Below, in pieces: positions 34,975 to 44,851 of a DNA stretch of 64,000 bases. A program made the translations under genes and the position numbers. This stretch comes from Alphaproteobacteria bacterium (GTDB taxonomy: Bacteria > Pseudomonadota > Alphaproteobacteria > UBA8366). Each line of letters opens with the position of its first letter. Positions within the stretch are counted from its first letter, which is position 1. The DNA is taken from NCBI GenBank assembly GCA_965228695.1, contig CBDDIB010000002.1:304192-368191 (forward strand), written 5' to 3'. The notes below the pieces were generated by a model. It made no database searches, was not told the origin of the DNA, and was given only the letters and a program-made list of their open reading frames with translations.

Positions 34975-35886
34975 ATGCGGATCGTAACCCTCTTGGCGAG
35001 CGCCACCGAGATCGTCTCGGCGCTCGGCTTCAAGGACTCGCTTGTCGCCCGAAGCCACGAATGCGACTTCCCGGTGGATGTCAGCAGCCTGCCCTTCTGC
35101 ACCGAACCGAAAATCGACGTCAGCGGCAGTTCTTACGACATCGACCAGCGGGTGAAGGCGGTCGTCCGCGACGGCTTGTCGGTGTACCGTGTCGACAGCG
35201 ACGCGCTGAAGAGCTACGAGCCCGACGTTATCGTCACCCAATCGCAATGCGAGGTCTGCGCCGTCAGCGAAAAGGACGTGCTGGAAGCGACCTGCGATTG
35301 GCTGGAGAACCGCCCGCGCATCGTCACCTTGAAGCCCGACGCGTTGACCGACATCTGGGCCGATATCGCCCGTGTCGCAGACGCACTCGACGCGCCGGAC
35401 CGCGGCCAGGCGTTGATCCGGCGCCTCAAGGCGCGCATGGCATCGGTGGAGGAAGAGGCGCGCGCGCAACTGGTAAGGCCCACCGTCGCTTGCATCGAAT
35501 GGATCGACCCCTTGATGGCGGGCGGTAATTGGATGCCGGAATTGGTTGTCATGGCCGGCGGGGAAAATCTCTTCGGCGAAGCCGGCAAACATTCGCCGTG
35601 GATGAATTGGGACGATCTCGAGAAAGCCGACCCGGACGTGATCGTCATCTTGCCCTGCGGATTTGACATCGCCCGCGCCCGCAAGGACATGCCCGCGCTG
35701 ACCGGGCAACCGGGCTGGAACAGGTTAAGCGCAGTCCAGAACGGCCGTGTCTGCGTCGCCGATGGCAATCAGTACTTCAATCGCCCCGGGCCCCGAATCG
35801 CGGACTCGCTCGAAATTCTTGCCGAGATGCTGCATCCGGATCAATTCGATTACGGCCACAAAGGGGTCGGCTGGGAGCCGTTGTGA
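34975..35886 (+). CDS. BtuF/TroA-like periplasmic-binding-fold protein without signal peptide
   Basis: MRIVTLLASATEIVSALGF...PDVIV...NRPGPR. Cobalamin/siderophore-binding (PBP type 2) fold pattern, but no export signal. 303 aa. Confidence 0.6.
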   Translation: MRIVTLLASATEIVSALGFKDSLVARSHECDFPVDVSSLPFCTEPKIDVSGSSYDIDQRVKAVVRDGLSVYRVDSDALKSYEPDVIVTQSQCEVCAVSEKDVLEATCDWLENRPRIVTLKPDALTDIWADIARVADALDAPDRGQALIRRLKARMASVEEEARAQLVRPTVACIEWIDPLMAGGNWMPELVVMAGGENLFGEAGKHSPWMNWDDLEKADPDVIVILPCGFDIARARKDMPALTGQPGWNRLSAVQNGRVCVADGNQYFNRPGPRIADSLEILAEMLHPDQFDYGHKGVGWEPL

Positions 35887-35957
35887 AACCCGGAATCGCC
35901 CGTTACTGTTCGACGCTCCAAGGCCGATCCTACAATCCCGCACACGCGCTTAGTCCC

Positions 35958-38237
35958 ATGATCGCTTTCTTTCAACGTCTTCTCGTGATTCTCGCGCTCG
36001 CATTTTTCGCGTTTCCGGCCGCCGCCGCGGACCCCGCCAAGACGCCCGCGAAAACCCAGACGAAAGACCTCGAACGGCTCGTCGACACCCTGGAGGACCC
36101 GGCCAAGCGCGACGCCTTTATCGCCGACCTGAAGACGCTGATCTCCGCGCAAAAAGGCGCACAAGAAAAAGCGGAGCGGCCGATCGGGTCGGTCGTCCTG
36201 AAAACTCTCTCGGAGAAAGTTGAATCCGCCGGTGAGGAATTGGCCTCGGCGGCGGCGTCGCTGATCAATGTTCCAAACCTCGTGGATACCCTGCGGGAGG
36301 GAGTATCCAATCCGGAAACGCGATCACTTTGGTTGATTGTTTTTCTAAAATTGGCGGCCATCCTGGCAGCCGGGCTCGCCGGGGAATGGCTGGCGCTGCT
36401 GGCCCTGCGCCGACCGCGCGCCGCAATCGAAACACAGGCAGCGGACAGCTACTGGGTCCGGCTCTTCTTCATCGTTTTACGCACCTTGCTGAACTTGGTG
36501 GCGGTCGGCGCCTTCGCAGCCGCTGCCTACGGAATGCTGACCCTGACGGCACCCGCATTCGAAGGCCGGGTCCTGGCGCTCGCGCTCATTAATGCCAGTC
36601 TGATCGCCCGTACGGTAATCGTGGTCATGCGCACGCTGGTTTCACCACAGGTCGCATCGATGCGACTGATCCCGATGAGCGACGAAACCGCGAACTACAG
36701 TTTCGTTTGGATTCGCCGCCTCACCAATCTCACCGCTTACGGCTTTTTGCTATTGAACGCGGCCTTGGCGCTCGGCTTGGCACCAGCCTCCTACACCGTG
36801 TTACTGAAGCTGCTAGGGCTGCTGATCGGCCTTCTGCTCGTGATGCTTGTGCTGCAAAACCGCCACCACGTCGCGGCCCGAATCCGTGGTGACGATACCG
36901 GTTCCCTGCACCAATTGCGCAATCGATTCGCCGATATCTGGCATATCCTGCTGATCATCTACCTTGTCGTTACATACGGCGTGTGGGCGCTGGACGTGCC
37001 CGGCGGTTTCGAATTCGTGCTGCGCGCCTCTGTCCTGACGATCGTTATCATCGCCGTCGTGCGGGCCGCAGTCGAATTCGGCCATCGCGGTGTGAAGCGT
37101 GCGTTTGCCCTCAGCGATGATCTGAAAACCCGGTTCCCCGGCCTTGAAGCCCGGGCAAACCGCTATCTGCCGATGGTGATCACGGTCTTGAAGGTGATGC
37201 TATACGCCATAGCGGCGGTCGCACTTCTCGAGGTCTGGGGCCTCGATATCTTCAAGTGGCTGAACGGTCCGGTCGGCCGGGCCGCGCTGGAACGCTCGGC
37301 CACAATCCTCCTGATCATCGCGGTGGCGTTGGTCGTTTGGGAGGTAATCAGCGCGGCGATCGAGCGATATCTCGACGGCACCGACGGCAACGGCAACGTC
37401 GTCACGCGCAGCCAGCGCGTCCAAACACTGTTGCCGCTGGTGCGGAATGTCGTATTCGTCGTGCTTGCCATCATGGTGATACTCACGATCCTGTCCGAGC
37501 TGGGCATCAATATCGGCCCGCTCATCGCCGGCGCCGGCATTGTCGGTCTGGCGGTCGGGTTCGGCGCTCAGACAATGGTGAAGGACTTTATCACCGGCTT
37601 TTTCATCCTGATCGAAGACACCGTCGCCGTCGGCGATATAGTTCAATTGGGCAGTCACTCGGGCAAGGTCGAAGCCATGTCGATCCGATCGATCCAATTG
37701 CGTGACGTATCCGGTCAGGTCCATCGCATTCCCTTCAGCGAAGTCACGACCACGATCAACAAAAGCAAAGAATTCTCGTTCGCGACCTTCGACGTCGGCG
37801 TCGGTTACAGTGAAAATATCGACCGTGTCATCGAGGTAATCCGCGACGTCGGGACCGAAATGGCAGAGAGCGACGAGTACGCGGCGGTTATCGACGGCCC
37901 CATCGACATCATGGGCGTACAGGCCCTTGCGGACTCGGCGGTCGTGATCCGCGCCCGCATCCGTGTCCAACCCGGCAAGCAGTTCGGTCTGCAGCGCGCA
38001 TTCAACCGTTTGATCAAGAATCGGTTCGACGAGGAAGGCATCGAGATTCCGTTCCCGCACCGCACGCTGTATTTCGGCGAAGACAGCAGCGGCAATGCCC
38101 CTGATGCCCGGGTGCGGCTGGTCGACCAGCGGACGAAGAAACCCGATGACGCCGAAAGCAGGTCCACCAAACGCCCGGAAGGCGAAGCGCGCGGCGCCGG
38201 CGACACCGCCGGCGATGCCCCATCGGACGGCGGATAG
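35958..38237 (+). CDS. large mechanosensitive ion channel (MscS/MscK family)
   Basis: Signal-like N-terminus from ATG 35958, multiple TM, MscS core ...FFILIEDTVAVGDIVQLGSHSGKVEAMSIRSIQLRDVSGQVHRIPFSEV... and a C-terminal charged tail. Confidence 0.85.
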   Translation: MIAFFQRLLVILALAFFAFPAAAADPAKTPAKTQTKDLERLVDTLEDPAKRDAFIADLKTLISAQKGAQEKAERPIGSVVLKTLSEKVESAGEELASAAASLINVPNLVDTLREGVSNPETRSLWLIVFLKLAAILAAGLAGEWLALLALRRPRAAIETQAADSYWVRLFFIVLRTLLNLVAVGAFAAAAYGMLTLTAPAFEGRVLALALINASLIARTVIVVMRTLVSPQVASMRLIPMSDETANYSFVWIRRLTNLTAYGFLLLNAALALGLAPASYTVLLKLLGLLIGLLLVMLVLQNRHHVAARIRGDDTGSLHQLRNRFADIWHILLIIYLVVTYGVWALDVPGGFEFVLRASVLTIVIIAVVRAAVEFGHRGVKRAFALSDDLKTRFPGLEARANRYLPMVITVLKVMLYAIAAVALLEVWGLDIFKWLNGPVGRAALERSATILLIIAVALVVWEVISAAIERYLDGTDGNGNVVTRSQRVQTLLPLVRNVVFVVLAIMVILTILSELGINIGPLIAGAGIVGLAVGFGAQTMVKDFITGFFILIEDTVAVGDIVQLGSHSGKVEAMSIRSIQLRDVSGQVHRIPFSEVTTTINKSKEFSFATFDVGVGYSENIDRVIEVIRDVGTEMAESDEYAAVIDGPIDIMGVQALADSAVVIRARIRVQPGKQFGLQRAFNRLIKNRFDEEGIEIPFPHRTLYFGEDSSGNAPDARVRLVDQRTKKPDDAESRSTKRPEGEARGAGDTAGDAPSDGG

Positions 38238-38257
38238 CCGGACCGCGCGACGTGTTC

Positions 38258-38890
38258 TCAGCGATTGCGGAGGTGGAAAACCGCCTGCGCCGCCATCAGG
38301 TTGGCAAAGCTTCCCGTGGCGGAGAACCGCACCGGATTACCGCTTGAATCCAAGGCGATAGCGCGTTCCACCGCAATACCGAGATCGTCGCACAGGGCGA
38401 GGAAGTCACGGATTGTACAGAGATGGATGTTGGGCGTCTCGTACCAGTGATCGGGCAGGGCGTCGGTCCGCGGCATGCGGCCCCCGGTTAACAATCCGAG
38501 GCGCACTTTCCAGAAGCCGAAATTCGGCAGCGACAGGATGGTGTTGCGGCCGATCCGCACCAGGTTCTCCAGTACGATCCGCGGCCGGTGCGTCGCCTGC
38601 AGGGTCTGGCTGAGCACGACATAGTCGAACGCGCCGTCGGGATAGTCATCAAGGTCGGTATCGGCGTCGCCCTGGATCACCGACAGGCCCTGGCTGACGC
38701 ACTCGTTCACGCCGGCCATGCTGAGTTCGATGCCGCGCCCGTCCACCTGCTTGAACTCGGCGAGATAGTTGAGCAACGTCCCGTCGCCGCAACCGACATC
38801 GAGCAATCGGCTCGACGGTTCGATCATGTCGGCGATCAATTGCAGATCGACGCGCATCGCGCGCGAGTTCCGGGTCATCGATCCGTCCAT
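38258..38890 (-). CDS. metW: methionine biosynthesis protein MetW
   Basis: ...LIADMIEPSSRLLDVGCGDGTLLNYL... SAM-MTase-like MetW pattern, immediately downstream of metX (stop at 38892). Confidence 0.88.
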   Translation of the reverse strand: MDGSMTRNSRAMRVDLQLIADMIEPSSRLLDVGCGDGTLLNYLAEFKQVDGRGIELSMAGVNECVSQGLSVIQGDADTDLDDYPDGAFDYVVLSQTLQATHRPRIVLENLVRIGRNTILSLPNFGFWKVRLGLLTGGRMPRTDALPDHWYETPNIHLCTIRDFLALCDDLGIAVERAIALDSSGNPVRFSATGSFANLMAAQAVFHLRNR

Positions 38891-38891
38891 G

Positions 38892-40019
38892 TCACGCGCG
38901 CCCGAACCCGCGGTGTTCGGCGCAGCCGTTGATGAATCCGGTCAACACCTTGCGAAGCTCGGGCACGTCCAGCAGGAATGCGTCATGCCCCTGATCGCTC
39001 TCGATCTCCACGAAGCTGACATTGGCGGCGACCGCGTTCAGCGCATGCACCACCGCGCGGTTCTCCGACGTCGGGAACAGCCAGTCGCTGGTGAAGGAGA
39101 TGATACAGAACCGGGTGTCCGTCCCCTCGAACGCCGTCGGCAGCGATCCGCCATGCTCCGCCGCCAGGTCGAAATAATCCATCGCCCGGGTGATATAGAG
39201 ATAGGAATTGGCGTCGAACCGGTCGACGAAGGTCGAACCTTGGTGGCGCAGATAGCTCTCGACCTGGAAATCCGCGTCGAACCCGAAACTCGGCATCTCC
39301 CGGTCCTGCAGATTGCGACCGAACTTACGATGCAAGGCCGCCTCGGACAGATAGGTGATATGCGCTGTCATGCGCGCCACGCTTAGGCCCCGGTTCGGTG
39401 CCGCGCCATGGCTGGCATAATCACCGCCGTGCCAGTCCGGGTCCGCCATGATCGCCTGCCGCCCGACCTCATGGAACGCGATATTCTGCGCCGTGTGGCG
39501 CGCCGCGCCGGCGATGGGAATGGCCGAAAACACCCGGTCCTTGTAGCGGGACGCCCATTCCAGCACCTGCATCGCGCCCATCGACCCGCCGATCACGCAA
39601 AAGAGCTGATCGATGCCCAGATGATCGATCAGCATCACCTGTGCCCGCACCATGTCGGCGATGGTGATCACGGGAAAATCCAGCGCATAGGGCTTGCCGG
39701 TCTCGGGGTTGGTCTCGGTCGGCCCGAGCGTACCGAGACAGCCGCCTAGCACATTCGAGGAGATTACGAAAAATCTGTTTGTATCCAGTGGCTTGCCGGG
39801 TCCGACAATATCTTCCCACCACCCGGGCTTGCCGGTGATGGGGTGCGTGTCGGCGACATATTGATCGCCCGTCAGCGCATGGCAGACCAGCACCGCGTTG
39901 CTGCGGTCGGCGTTCAGCGTCCCATAAGTGCAATAGGCCATGGGCACCGGACCGAGCTCAACGCCGCAGTCAAGGGTCAGCTTTGCGTCCACGCCGAGCT
40001 GCACGCGTTGACCGGGCAA
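38892..40019 (-). CDS. metX: homoserine O-acetyltransferase
   Basis: ...[25 protein letters not shown]..., ...[12 protein letters not shown] (nucleophile elbow), ...SFTSDWLFP..., ...HDAFLL. The ORF-track start is a TTG at 40019, so the true start is uncertain. Confidence 0.88.
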   Translation of the reverse strand: MPGQRVQLGVDAKLTLDCGVELGPVPMAYCTYGTLNADRSNAVLVCHALTGDQYVADTHPITGKPGWWEDIVGPGKPLDTNRFFVISSNVLGGCLGTLGPTETNPETGKPYALDFPVITIADMVRAQVMLIDHLGIDQLFCVIGGSMGAMQVLEWASRYKDRVFSAIPIAGAARHTAQNIAFHEVGRQAIMADPDWHGGDYASHGAAPNRGLSVARMTAHITYLSEAALHRKFGRNLQDREMPSFGFDADFQVESYLRHQGSTFVDRFDANSYLYITRAMDYFDLAAEHGGSLPTAFEGTDTRFCIISFTSDWLFPTSENRAVVHALNAVAANVSFVEIESDQGHDAFLLDVPELRKVLTGFINGCAEHRGFGRA

Positions 40020-40212
40020 TTTTGCGTCCGGTTGCCTCGGATCGGTCAGCGGCGGCGTTTCGGCCGATTTTACGCGTTCAGAAATCGGACCACCCTCACA
40101 GGTCGGTTTGGGCGCGATACTTTTGGTCCGATGCCTGCCAGTGTCAATGTTTTCTTTGATTTATGGTACATCTCGCACTACTAGTTAGCGGCTTTTCAGA
40201 CAGGTGGGAACG

Positions 40213-41079
40213 ATGAACGAAAGCGGAACCTCGCTGCGGGATCTTCGAAACGAAATCGACGAAATCGACTCGGAACTGCATGGCCTGATCATGCGCCGGG
40301 CCGACCTCGTCGAACGGATTCGCATGGTCAAGGCGCGGGACTCCGTCACCACGGTGCGGCCGGGCCGCGAAGCGGACATCATGCGGGCGCTGGCGGCGCG
40401 CCACGACAGCAACTTCCCCTTTCCGGCGATCGCCCGCATCTGGCGCGAGATCATCGCCAATATAACCCGCATGGAGATGCCGGAATACGCCGTCGCGGTC
40501 TATCCCGGCGCCGAAACGCCCGGCTGCTGGGACTTGGCGCGCGACCAATTCGGCAGTGCGACTCCGATGAGCGCCTTCGGCAGCGCCCGCGAGGTCCTGG
40601 GCGAGGTATCGGCCAAGAAGGCCGCCGTCGGCGTCCTGCCGTGCCCGCGCGAGGGCGACGACGACCCTTGGTGGATCAACTTGGCAGTCCAGGATGGATT
40701 GCGCGTCTCCTACCGCCTGCCGTTCAGTCCGCGTGTCACGGCGCCGGGCGGCGAAAGCAGGCTGGAAGCCTTCGCCGTCGGCCGGATCGTTTTGGAAGAA
40801 AGCGCGAACGACCGCAGCTTGATCGTGATCGAAACCGGCGAGGCATTGAGCCGGGCCGGCCTGTCGACCCTGTTGGGGAAAATCCAGATTTCCGGACAGC
40901 CCATCGCATCGCATAACGGCGGCGGTTGGTACTATCTGATCGAAGCGGACGGTTTCCTCACCGACGCCGACCCGCAGCTAGAGGAACTAGGGAGATTGGA
41001 GGCTGTCGACCGCTGCATGGTGATCGGCGCTTACGCGACCCCCCTCGACAAATCCGAGATTCCGGGCTTTGCAACATGA
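40213..41079 (+). CDS. chorismate mutase (CM_2 domain with C-terminal extension)
   Basis: From ATG 40213 (GGTGGGA SD): LRDLRNEIDEIDSELHGLIMRRADLVERIRMVK is an AroQ-type chorismate mutase helix. Its stop overlaps the hisC start (ATGA). Confidence 0.78.
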   Translation: MNESGTSLRDLRNEIDEIDSELHGLIMRRADLVERIRMVKARDSVTTVRPGREADIMRALAARHDSNFPFPAIARIWREIIANITRMEMPEYAVAVYPGAETPGCWDLARDQFGSATPMSAFGSAREVLGEVSAKKAAVGVLPCPREGDDDPWWINLAVQDGLRVSYRLPFSPRVTAPGGESRLEAFAVGRIVLEESANDRSLIVIETGEALSRAGLSTLLGKIQISGQPIASHNGGGWYYLIEADGFLTDADPQLEELGRLEAVDRCMVIGAYATPLDKSEIPGFAT

Positions 41080-42164
41080 CCACGCCTACACCCCGCCCCG
41101 GGGTTCTTGATATCGAGCCCTATGTCGGCGGTCTGCACAGCGTGGACGGCGTCGAACGGGTGATCGTGCTGGCGTCGAACGAGACGCCGCTCGGCCCGAG
41201 CCCACAGGCTACCGCAGCCTATCAGGCGGAAGCGCGCAAGTTGCACCGCTATCCGGACGGGCATGCCTCCGATCTGCGCGCCGCCATCGGGCAACGCTTC
41301 GGCTGCGACGCCACCCGCATCGTCTGTGGCGCCGGCTCGGACGAAATGCTGCAAATCCTGATGCGCGCCTATGCCGGCCCCGGCGACGAAGTGCTGTACA
41401 GCCGACACGGCTTTTCGATCTACCCGATCTTCGCCCGCGGTGTCGGCGCAACACCGGTCGCGGCGCCGGAAAAGGTGCTGACCGCCGATGTCGACGCCTT
41501 GCTATCCAAAGTGACCGACCGGACGCGCATGGTCTTCCTGGCCAATCCGAACAATCCGACCGGCAGCTATCTGCCCGTCGACGAATTAAAGCGTCTGCGG
41601 GACGGTCTGCGCGACGACATATTGCTGGTTATCGATGCCGCCTACGCGGAATACGTCACGCGGAACGATTACACCGCGGGCAACGACTTCGTCGACCGGC
41701 ATGACAATGTCGTCATGACCCGCACCTTTTCGAAGATCTTCGGCCTGGCGGCCCTGCGGCTTGGATGGGCGTATTGCCCCGGTGAAATCGCCGACGTGCT
41801 GAACCGGCTGCGCGGCCCGTTCAATGTCAACGCCGCCGCGCAATCCGCCGGAATTGCCGCCATCGAGGACACCGCACACACGGATGCCAGCCTTCACCAC
41901 AACGGCAAATGGCTGCCCTGGCTGACCACGGCGCTCGGCGGGCTCGGCCTGACCGCGCATCCGTCGGTCGGGAATTTCGTGCTGGTCCAATTCGGCGATA
42001 CCGCCCGTGCGTCCGAGGCCTACGAGTTCCTGCTGCGCAAAGGAATCATCACGCGCAAGATGGGCAGTTACGACCTGCCCGACTGCCTGCGGATTTCCAT
42101 CGGCCTCGAGGACGAGATGAAGGCGGTGACCGACGGTTTGGCGGAACATCTGGGGCGGTCATGA
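41076..42164 (+). CDS. hisC: histidinol-phosphate aminotransferase
   Basis: From ATG 41076: ...LASNETPLGPSP..., ...NPNNPTGSY..., ...TFSKIFGLAALRLGW (PLP lysine). 362 aa. Confidence 0.9.
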   Translation: MTTPTPRPGVLDIEPYVGGLHSVDGVERVIVLASNETPLGPSPQATAAYQAEARKLHRYPDGHASDLRAAIGQRFGCDATRIVCGAGSDEMLQILMRAYAGPGDEVLYSRHGFSIYPIFARGVGATPVAAPEKVLTADVDALLSKVTDRTRMVFLANPNNPTGSYLPVDELKRLRDGLRDDILLVIDAAYAEYVTRNDYTAGNDFVDRHDNVVMTRTFSKIFGLAALRLGWAYCPGEIADVLNRLRGPFNVNAAAQSAGIAAIEDTAHTDASLHHNGKWLPWLTTALGGLGLTAHPSVGNFVLVQFGDTARASEAYEFLLRKGIITRKMGSYDLPDCLRISIGLEDEMKAVTDGLAEHLGRS

Positions 42165-43117
42165 GCGAGACGCCCCTCTACGGCCGGGTTGCGGTAATCG
42201 GCCTTGGCCTCATCGGATCGTCGCTCTGCCACCGCATGAAGCGAGACGGCCTCGCCGGTCATGTCGCCGGTCACGCCCGCAGCGCGGCGACTCGCGATAC
42301 GGCGATGAATATCGGCTTTCTCGACAGCGTCCACGAGACCGCTGCCGAGGCCGCCGCCGATGCGGACCTGATCGTCCTTTGCGTGCCCGTCGGCGCGAAC
42401 GCGGCCGTGGCGGAAGCGATCGGACCATCGCTTAAACGCGGTGCGACGGTGACCGATGTCGGCTCGGTGAAGATGGCGGTGATCCGCGACGTCGGCCCGC
42501 ACCTGCCGGACGGCGTGCATCTCGTCCCCGGCCACCCGGTCGCGGGGACCGAGCATTCGGGACCGGAATCGGGCTTCCCCGAACTGTTCGAGGACCGGTA
42601 CTGCATCCTGACGCCGCCGGCCGGCACCGACCAGAAAGCCATCGACCGCGTTTCGGACCTCTGGCAGCGTGCGGGCAGCAAGGTCGAACTCCTGGATGCG
42701 CATCACCACGACCGGGTCCTCGGCATCACGTCGCATCTGCCGCATCTGATCGCCTATACAATCGTCGGGACCGCCAGCGATCTGGAGAACCAGCTTCGGC
42801 GCGAGGATACCGAGAACGGCGACCTGATCGAAACGCGGGAAGTCATCAAGTATTCCGCCGGCGGGTTTCGCGATTTCACCCGGATCGCCGCATCGGATCC
42901 AGTGATGTGGCGCGACATCTTCCTGAACAACCGCGAGGCGGTGCTCGAGCTGCTCGGCCGTTTCGTCGAGGACCTGACCGCTCTGCAGCGGTCCATCCGG
43001 TGGGGCGAAGGCGACGCGCTCGAGGATTTCTTCACCCGCACCCGTGCGGTCCGGCGCGACGTCATCGATATGAAACAGGCCGGTTCGTTCAACCCGACGG
43101 AGCGGGAGGAAGAATAG
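42161..43117 (+). CDS. tyrC: prephenate/arogenate dehydrogenase
   Basis: From ATG 42161 (overlaps the hisC stop): VAVIGLGLIGSSL (Rossmann), ...DVGSVK..., ...GHPVAGTEHSGP..., ...SHLPHLIAY. Confidence 0.85.
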   Translation: MSETPLYGRVAVIGLGLIGSSLCHRMKRDGLAGHVAGHARSAATRDTAMNIGFLDSVHETAAEAAADADLIVLCVPVGANAAVAEAIGPSLKRGATVTDVGSVKMAVIRDVGPHLPDGVHLVPGHPVAGTEHSGPESGFPELFEDRYCILTPPAGTDQKAIDRVSDLWQRAGSKVELLDAHHHDRVLGITSHLPHLIAYTIVGTASDLENQLRREDTENGDLIETREVIKYSAGGFRDFTRIAASDPVMWRDIFLNNREAVLELLGRFVEDLTALQRSIRWGEGDALEDFFTRTRAVRRDVIDMKQAGSFNPTEREEE

Positions 43118-44144
43118 GCGGTAGCTTCAACAGCCGGACCGGCCCGAGATAGAGCCGTCCCCGCTGCGCCGTCAACGGCACCGTCACGACCCGCCGCCCA
43201 TCGCCGTTCCCGCTCGGCTTCGACAGCAGATCAAGCGCCAGACGGGCCGCCGATGCTTCCCGCCGGCGCAGTTTCCCCGTCTGCTCCAGCGCCGCCAGCA
43301 GGGCGCGATAGCCCTGAACTTTCGTCGTGAACGCTCCCAAAGGGCGCAACGCCGCATCCAGCGCCAGGGTACCGTTTCCCGACACATCCAGCGCGCCCCA
43401 TCCCAGCGCGATCCGGCGGATATCGATCGTGCCGCCGTCCTGCCGCCAGGCATCGATTGCGTCGCGCTGAAGCTTGCCGGGCGGTTTGCCGTTGAGTGTC
43501 CCGGAGAGCCGAAAGGTCCGCAGGTCCGTGCCGAGTGGCCCGCCGAACTTCGCCGCCAATTGCGTATCGGACGCGTTGGCCGTCAGCGCGAAGGACGGGG
43601 GTCCCGGCTGCGCCGCATCGTCCGGCCACCGCAGCTGGGCCTGGAGATGTTTTGTCGCCGACAGTTGCCCGCCGTCAGGCTCGCGCAGCCGCAGGTCCCG
43701 AATGTCGGCGACCCCTTCGGCTATGCGGCCCCGGTCGTTCAAATGGCCTATAAACCATGCCGAGCCCGTCTCCGCAGCGACCTGTACCGGCCGCCCTTGC
43801 ACGACACCGACCAAGCGATGCGGCCCCGATGCTTCGACGCGATATCGCCGCCAATTCCACGGCTGAACCTCGAAATCGGCTTGCGATGATTTGACGGACC
43901 AGCCGTCCTTGGCCGACGCGATCGCCGGCGTGGCGATCGTAAGCCGGACCGCGCCGGGAAATCCCCCCACCGCCAACGCGCCATGCTCAACGACATAGCC
44001 TTGCTGATTGCGCGCGTCGCGCCAGCGCAGAAAGCCGTCTTCGACCTGACCGGCGACGACAAACCAGAACAGCGGATAACCGACCCCGAGAAGCAGGATC
44101 AGCAGCGTCGGCCCCAACAGGATGGGTCTAAGAAACATGGACAT
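43089..44144 (-). CDS. DUF2125 family protein
   Basis: N-terminal TM then WFVVAGQVEDGFLRWRDARNQQGYVVEHGALAVGGFPGAVRL. This pattern is typical of alphaproteobacterial DUF2125. The start is ambiguous (ATG 44144 or 44138, or TTG 44156). The 3' end overlaps the tyrC 3' end by 29 nt, convergently. Confidence 0.6.
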   Translation of the reverse strand: MSMFLRPILLGPTLLILLLGVGYPLFWFVVAGQVEDGFLRWRDARNQQGYVVEHGALAVGGFPGAVRLTIATPAIASAKDGWSVKSSQADFEVQPWNWRRYRVEASGPHRLVGVVQGRPVQVAAETGSAWFIGHLNDRGRIAEGVADIRDLRLREPDGGQLSATKHLQAQLRWPDDAAQPGPPSFALTANASDTQLAAKFGGPLGTDLRTFRLSGTLNGKPPGKLQRDAIDAWRQDGGTIDIRRIALGWGALDVSGNGTLALDAALRPLGAFTTKVQGYRALLAALEQTGKLRRREASAARLALDLLSKPSGNGDGRRVVTVPLTAQRGRLYLGPVRLLKLPPILPPAPSG

Positions 44145-44233
44145 GATGCACGGCAATACTTATAAGTCGCGCGCTTCCGGGTAAAGCGCCCCGCCGCCTA
44201 CCCGGCTTCCAATGGAATCGAAATCCGGTGCCC

Positions 44234-44809
44234 ATGCCGAATGACAAAGCCGTAACGCCCGAAACCATGCACACGCTGTTGCCGGCCGCGGGCGATTTCT
44301 GGGTCTTCGGGTACGGCTCGTTGATGTGGGACCCGGGATTCGACCACACCGCCGCCAAGCCCGCGTTGTTGCACGGCTATCACCGGTCCTTCTGCATGTA
44401 TTCGAAACGGCACCGGGGCACGCCGGTCCGGCCCGGCCTCGTGCTCGCGCTGGACCGGGGCGGGTGTTGCCGTGGCATGGCGTTCCGCGTCGACCGCCGC
44501 ATCACCGATTCGGTGCTCGACTATCTATGGGACCGGGAAATGATACGCTACGCCTATCTGCCGCGTGCCGTGCATGTCAATGTCGACGGGGAACGCGTTC
44601 CCGGCATCACATTCGTCGCGGACCGGCGGGACGACAGCTATGCCGGGCGGCTTGCGCCGTCGGAAGCCGCGGCGGTAATCAGCGCGGCCCATGGCGGCAG
44701 GGGCTCGAACCGGGACTATCTTGTCAGTACTATCGAACATCTGCGGGCTTTTGGGATCACGGCAGGCCCGATTCACGAGTTGCTGCCGCTGGTCGACGCG
44801 GTGGAATAG
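44234..44809 (+). CDS. chaC: ChaC-family gamma-glutamylcyclotransferase
   Basis: DFWVFGYGSLMWDPGF...HGYHRSFC...HRGTP..PGLVLALD.GG.C.G.AFRV. This is the ChaC signature. Confidence 0.8.
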   Translation: MPNDKAVTPETMHTLLPAAGDFWVFGYGSLMWDPGFDHTAAKPALLHGYHRSFCMYSKRHRGTPVRPGLVLALDRGGCCRGMAFRVDRRITDSVLDYLWDREMIRYAYLPRAVHVNVDGERVPGITFVADRRDDSYAGRLAPSEAAAVISAAHGGRGSNRDYLVSTIEHLRAFGITAGPIHELLPLVDAVE

Positions 44810-44851
44810 AGCGATACCGTGATAGCCTTGTTGCACAGAGAAGGGTACGGA

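Noticed and set aside
40020-40203. Expected SAM-II (metA/metX) riboswitch in the 184-nt leader of metX.
   Set aside because: I only found a generic hairpin (CCGATTT...AAATCGG) and a TTGACA-type promoter. I could not recognise the conserved pseudoknot/AAAGCU core from memory. A covariance-model scan (Rfam RF00521) would be needed, so it is not claimed.
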